From the IMG/VR virus record IMGVR_UViG_3300025674_000132, positions 1-38,351 of that record: a stretch of 38,351 bases of DNA; one strand, written 5' to 3'. Positions 35,378-38,351 of this stretch are shown piece by piece. A program made the position numbers and the translations under genes. The notes beneath the pieces are model-generated. The model was given only the letters and a program-made list of their open reading frames with translations. It was not told the DNA's origin and did not search any database. The DNA comes from a virus (lineage: Duplodnaviria > Caudoviricetes). How positions within the stretch are numbered: the first letter of the stretch is position 1; each line of letters begins with the position of its first letter.

Positions 35378-36771
35378 CATTCAAAACTATTCCTGTTGAT
35401 GTTGTAGGCCAGTCATACCAGCATCGAAGCCGTTCGCTATCCTCTCAAGTGACCATGAACCTAATACCCGAGTTCACACCAAGCGGTCGAGCACAAAAAG
35501 CCTTAACGTGTTGGCCTGGGGATAAGGCGTTTTCATCTAATAACAGCGGCATTGATCGCGGGTTACATGTTTTTAGTGATCAGCTTTATAAAGTTACGGG
35601 CGGCACGCTTTATAGAATTGAGTCGAACGGCGTGAAAACGTCAATCGGTACAATTCTAGGTTCTAATCCTTGCGTTTTTGCCGATGATGGTAATTCTATG
35701 CGGATCGCCACAGGTTCGCGCGATTATATTTACGACGGTTCGACGCTGGCAGAAATAACAGATCCAGATTTAACGCCTGGCAACTCCGTAGCGTATCTCA
35801 ATCAACAAATGATCAACGATTCTAGCGGTGGGCAGTTTCAGGTTTCCAATGTCGGCGACCCCGATAACATCGACGCGCTGAACGTAGCAACGGCTGAGAG
35901 CGCACCGGATGATACTGTGCGGGTTTACACGTTCAACGAACGCTTATACTTGTTTGGTGATCGAAACAACACAGAGGCTTGGTACAACAGCGGCACAGGC
36001 AACCCCCCGTTTGACCGCATCCAAGGCGGTACGATGAACATTGCCATCGGTGCGGTGTATTCCGTCGCTGCCAGCGCTGAATTTATGTATTTTTTCGGTT
36101 TCGATAAATCCGTTTACCGAGTCAGTGCATATCAAGCGCAGAAGATTACACCCAACGCCATTGCAAACACGTTTGAAAACTTCACAACAACTAGTGACGC
36201 AAGAGGCTATACATTAGCGTTCGAGGGGCAGTATTTTTACGTGCTCAACTTCCCGACTGAAGGACAAACGTGGTGTTACAGTGAAGCGGGTAACGCTTGG
36301 TTCCAGTTATCAACGGGTGCCGATCAATCAAATTACATTGGCACTTCTTACGCGTTCTGTTACGGTAAACATCTAATTGCTAGCGGTGGCGACGTTCGAG
36401 AACTAGACCTAGATACTTACACCAGTAACGGCCTCCCAATGATCCGTGAGCGAGTGAGTGCGCCGATTGTTGATCCGACCGGCCAACGCATCATGATGAA
36501 CCGCTTTCAATTGATTATGGAAGTTGGTGTTGGTTTGATATCAGGCCAAGGCGTTGACCCGCAGATCATGTTTGAAGCTAGTTACGATGGCGGCAAGAGC
36601 TGGACGAACGAGTCATGGATTGATATAGGCCGGATGAGCGAGGGGCGCATTAAAGTCGAGTGGTTCAATATGTCGAGCGCTTATGAGATTATGGTGAGGT
36701 TTCGTGTGAGCGATCCTGTTTTTATATCTGTTCATAGCGCGGCTATCGATATTCGTCCAGGTGGTTGGTGA
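35374..36771 (+). CDS. Tail hub / DNA-stabilization protein (P22 gp10-like)
   Basis: 465 aa, beta-propeller-like; ATAESAPD, TE.WYN.G, FYVLNFP...TW.Y, S.DGGKSW and FRVSDPV motifs. Confidence 0.88.
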   Translation: MTFKTIPVDVVGQSYQHRSRSLSSQVTMNLIPEFTPSGRAQKALTCWPGDKAFSSNNSGIDRGLHVFSDQLYKVTGGTLYRIESNGVKTSIGTILGSNPCVFADDGNSMRIATGSRDYIYDGSTLAEITDPDLTPGNSVAYLNQQMINDSSGGQFQVSNVGDPDNIDALNVATAESAPDDTVRVYTFNERLYLFGDRNNTEAWYNSGTGNPPFDRIQGGTMNIAIGAVYSVAASAEFMYFFGFDKSVYRVSAYQAQKITPNAIANTFENFTTTSDARGYTLAFEGQYFYVLNFPTEGQTWCYSEAGNAWFQLSTGADQSNYIGTSYAFCYGKHLIASGGDVRELDLDTYTSNGLPMIRERVSAPIVDPTGQRIMMNRFQLIMEVGVGLISGQGVDPQIMFEASYDGGKSWTNESWIDIGRMSEGRIKVEWFNMSSAYEIMVRFRVSDPVFISVHSAAIDIRPGGW

Positions 36772-37340
36772 TGGCTAGAGTTGATCCGTTTCTACACCCG
36801 ATACCTAGGGGGCTTTTAAAAGATGCTGAAACCAGAGCTTTTTTTGAGTACTTGATACGTTTTTTACATGACCTATGGAAAAGAACTGGGGGCGGTAATG
36901 ACCTTATTGATCAGGGTAATTTTGGGGATCTTAATAGCTCCGCTAGTTATCAAAGCGCTATTGACCAAGTGGCTGAAATTGTTAACAGCTACCGCGTTCA
37001 GGAACCCAGCGAGATAATTGGACACATTCAAGAGCAAGAATCGCCAGAGATACAGGGCGCTCCGATTCTTGAGCCTGTACGCTTTAACAATCTAGCAGCA
37101 GGTGGGGCAGCGCTTACAACGACCGGACCTGAGGTTGTTCTATGCTTCAATACAGCAGCAGCAACGGTCACGCTCAACGCTAACCCGCATGACGGGGAAT
37201 CTGTTAAAATCAGTAGGCGCGATGGATCGGTGACTGTGAACGGTGATATAAACGGCAAGACATCAATACTAATACCGTCCAAGTATGATACTATGCAATT
37301 AGTATATTCCGCCGAGGCGGGGGAGTGGGCCATAGTATGA
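36771..37340 (+). CDS. Tail-associated protein (needle/gp26-like position)
   Basis: Follows the gp10-like gene; C-terminal TVTL.A.P.DGE.V.I beta domain; start at 36771 or 36765. Confidence 0.65.
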   Translation: MARVDPFLHPIPRGLLKDAETRAFFEYLIRFLHDLWKRTGGGNDLIDQGNFGDLNSSASYQSAIDQVAEIVNSYRVQEPSEIIGHIQEQESPEIQGAPILEPVRFNNLAAGGAALTTTGPEVVLCFNTAAATVTLNANPHDGESVKISRRDGSVTVNGDINGKTSILIPSKYDTMQLVYSAEAGEWAIV

Positions 37341-38071
37341 GTTATTTTGGTAGCACCGAATTTTTATTAGAAGTTGCAAAGGGTAAAATTGATGGTCATA
37401 GAATCGCTTTTATCCCTGCGTTTGGGGATATCTCAACAACCGAGACATTAATCTGGCGTCATGGTGGGGCTTACACTTTCAACGATACAGCCGCAACGTT
37501 ATATTTAAGTAGCTCGGATAATACCGATACTCAGGACGTTAGAATAGTATGGCTTGACGCTAATTACGAAGAGCAAACGAGTCTGGTTACACTGCAGGGT
37601 CACACGCTTGTAACAATTGGAACCGGCCTACGGGTAAACGAGATCTATACGCTCGACTCAACCCCGACGGCGGGGGATGTTTACGTTGCTAACGCCAATA
37701 ATCACACGAACGGCGTTCCTAATAATCAGGCTGAAATTGTCGCTACTTTTGACAGTGATGCTCAAGTCAGGCAGATGGGGTTATACACGGTTCCAGCGGG
37801 GTACACTGTTTTCGGGGTCGGTGAAATTTATTTCAGTTCACCAAAAGGCCGAGACAATGATTTCTTTTGGAACACAAGAAACCCGACGACACCAACGCCA
37901 ACATTAAAGACTAATGTGACAAGCATTTACCAATCCACCGTTGCTATCGAGCTATCTTATTCGCCTTTGCCTGAAAAAACAGATGTATTTTTTACGGCGA
38001 ACACGTCCACAGGTTCAGGCCATGTAACGATGAGCTGCCCTATTTTAATTGTTGACAACACTAAGCTATAG
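37337..38071 (+). CDS. Putative virion protein (244 aa)
   Basis: ATGA overlap at 37337; the variant copy at 1..426 differs mostly synonymously. Confidence 0.8.
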   Translation: MSYFGSTEFLLEVAKGKIDGHRIAFIPAFGDISTTETLIWRHGGAYTFNDTAATLYLSSSDNTDTQDVRIVWLDANYEEQTSLVTLQGHTLVTIGTGLRVNEIYTLDSTPTAGDVYVANANNHTNGVPNNQAEIVATFDSDAQVRQMGLYTVPAGYTVFGVGEIYFSSPKGRDNDFFWNTRNPTTPTPTLKTNVTSIYQSTVAIELSYSPLPEKTDVFFTANTSTGSGHVTMSCPILIVDNTKL

Positions 38072-38351
38072 GTTTTAAAAATGTCACGCACAGAACGAAA
38101 CTACGCACACAATACACAACTAGCAACGAGCGCTGTTGATATCGTTTCAGCTGTTCCAACTGGGACGGTTTCAGTTGTTAGCAAGCTAAGTTTTTATAAC
38201 TCATCAACGACAACTAACCGCTTGGTAACGGTTCATGCGGTTGAGTCGGGTGGTACAGCAGATGCAGGCAATACATTAGCAAGACGCTCTATTCCGCCAC
38301 TTCAAACGTGGAATGTAGTCGAAGCTATCACAGAGCGCTTAACTGCGGGAA
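37646..38351. repeat. Right copy of imperfect terminal duplication
   Basis: Aligns to 1..705. Confidence 0.97.
38081..38351 (+). CDS. 3'-truncated copy of 435..779 (completed on circularisation)
   Basis: MSRTERNYAHNTQLATSAVDIVSAV... runs off the contig end. Confidence 0.9.
   Translation, partial: MSRTERNYAHNTQLATSAVDIVSAVPTGTVSVVSKLSFYNSSTTTNRLVTVHAVESGGTADAGNTLARRSIPPLQTWNVVEAITERLTAG

Noticed and set aside
37646-38351. Biological direct terminal repeat
   Set aside because: The copies are non-identical, cut through genes, and end in an exact 127-nt match typical of an assembly overlap.
1-38351. tRNA, rRNA, CRISPR array, IS element, intron or intein, recoded stop codons
   Set aside because: None recognised by eye; core genes are uninterrupted and all three stop codons end genes normally. 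tRNAscan and Infernal were not run.

Overview
This window is an apparently complete, circularly assembled genome (about 37.6 kb unique) of a tailed dsDNA podovirus-type phage, probably infecting a Gram-negative host (inferred from lipoproteins and sigma70-type promoters). The late region on the + strand runs 24953-38351 and continues 1-9801. It encodes TerS, TerL, a P22-like portal, an inserted collagen protein plus an 802-aa protein, scaffold, a BPP-1-like capsid and cement, an adaptor, a gp10-like tail hub, a gp14-like GNAT protein, three ejection proteins, a beta-helix tailspike and an unusually elaborate lysis cassette. The replication/recombination region holds Sak4-like ATPase, DUF669 SSB, YqaJ exonuclease, SNF2-like helicase plus DNA methylase, RadD-like helicase, VRR-NUC, dUTPase, YopX, a Prim-Pol primase-helicase with an adjacent AT-rich ori, and an NMP-kinase-like protein. 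It is organised around two divergent promoter units, each with a paralogous small HTH gene. I recognised no integrase, CI-type repressor, DNA polymerase, tRNA or CRISPR. The terminal ~705-nt duplication looks like an assembly overlap plus a strain-variant tip, not a biological terminal repeat. The best novelty candidates are: (i) the lysis cassette, with a LapG/BTLCP-like cysteine protease, a hidden lipoprotein, two hidden cationic micropeptides, a 4-TM protein and two holin-like genes but no Rz/Rz1; and (ii) a putative anti-RBS small RNA complementary to the phage's own early-gene leaders. All family assignments are from motif recognition by eye; no database searches were run.
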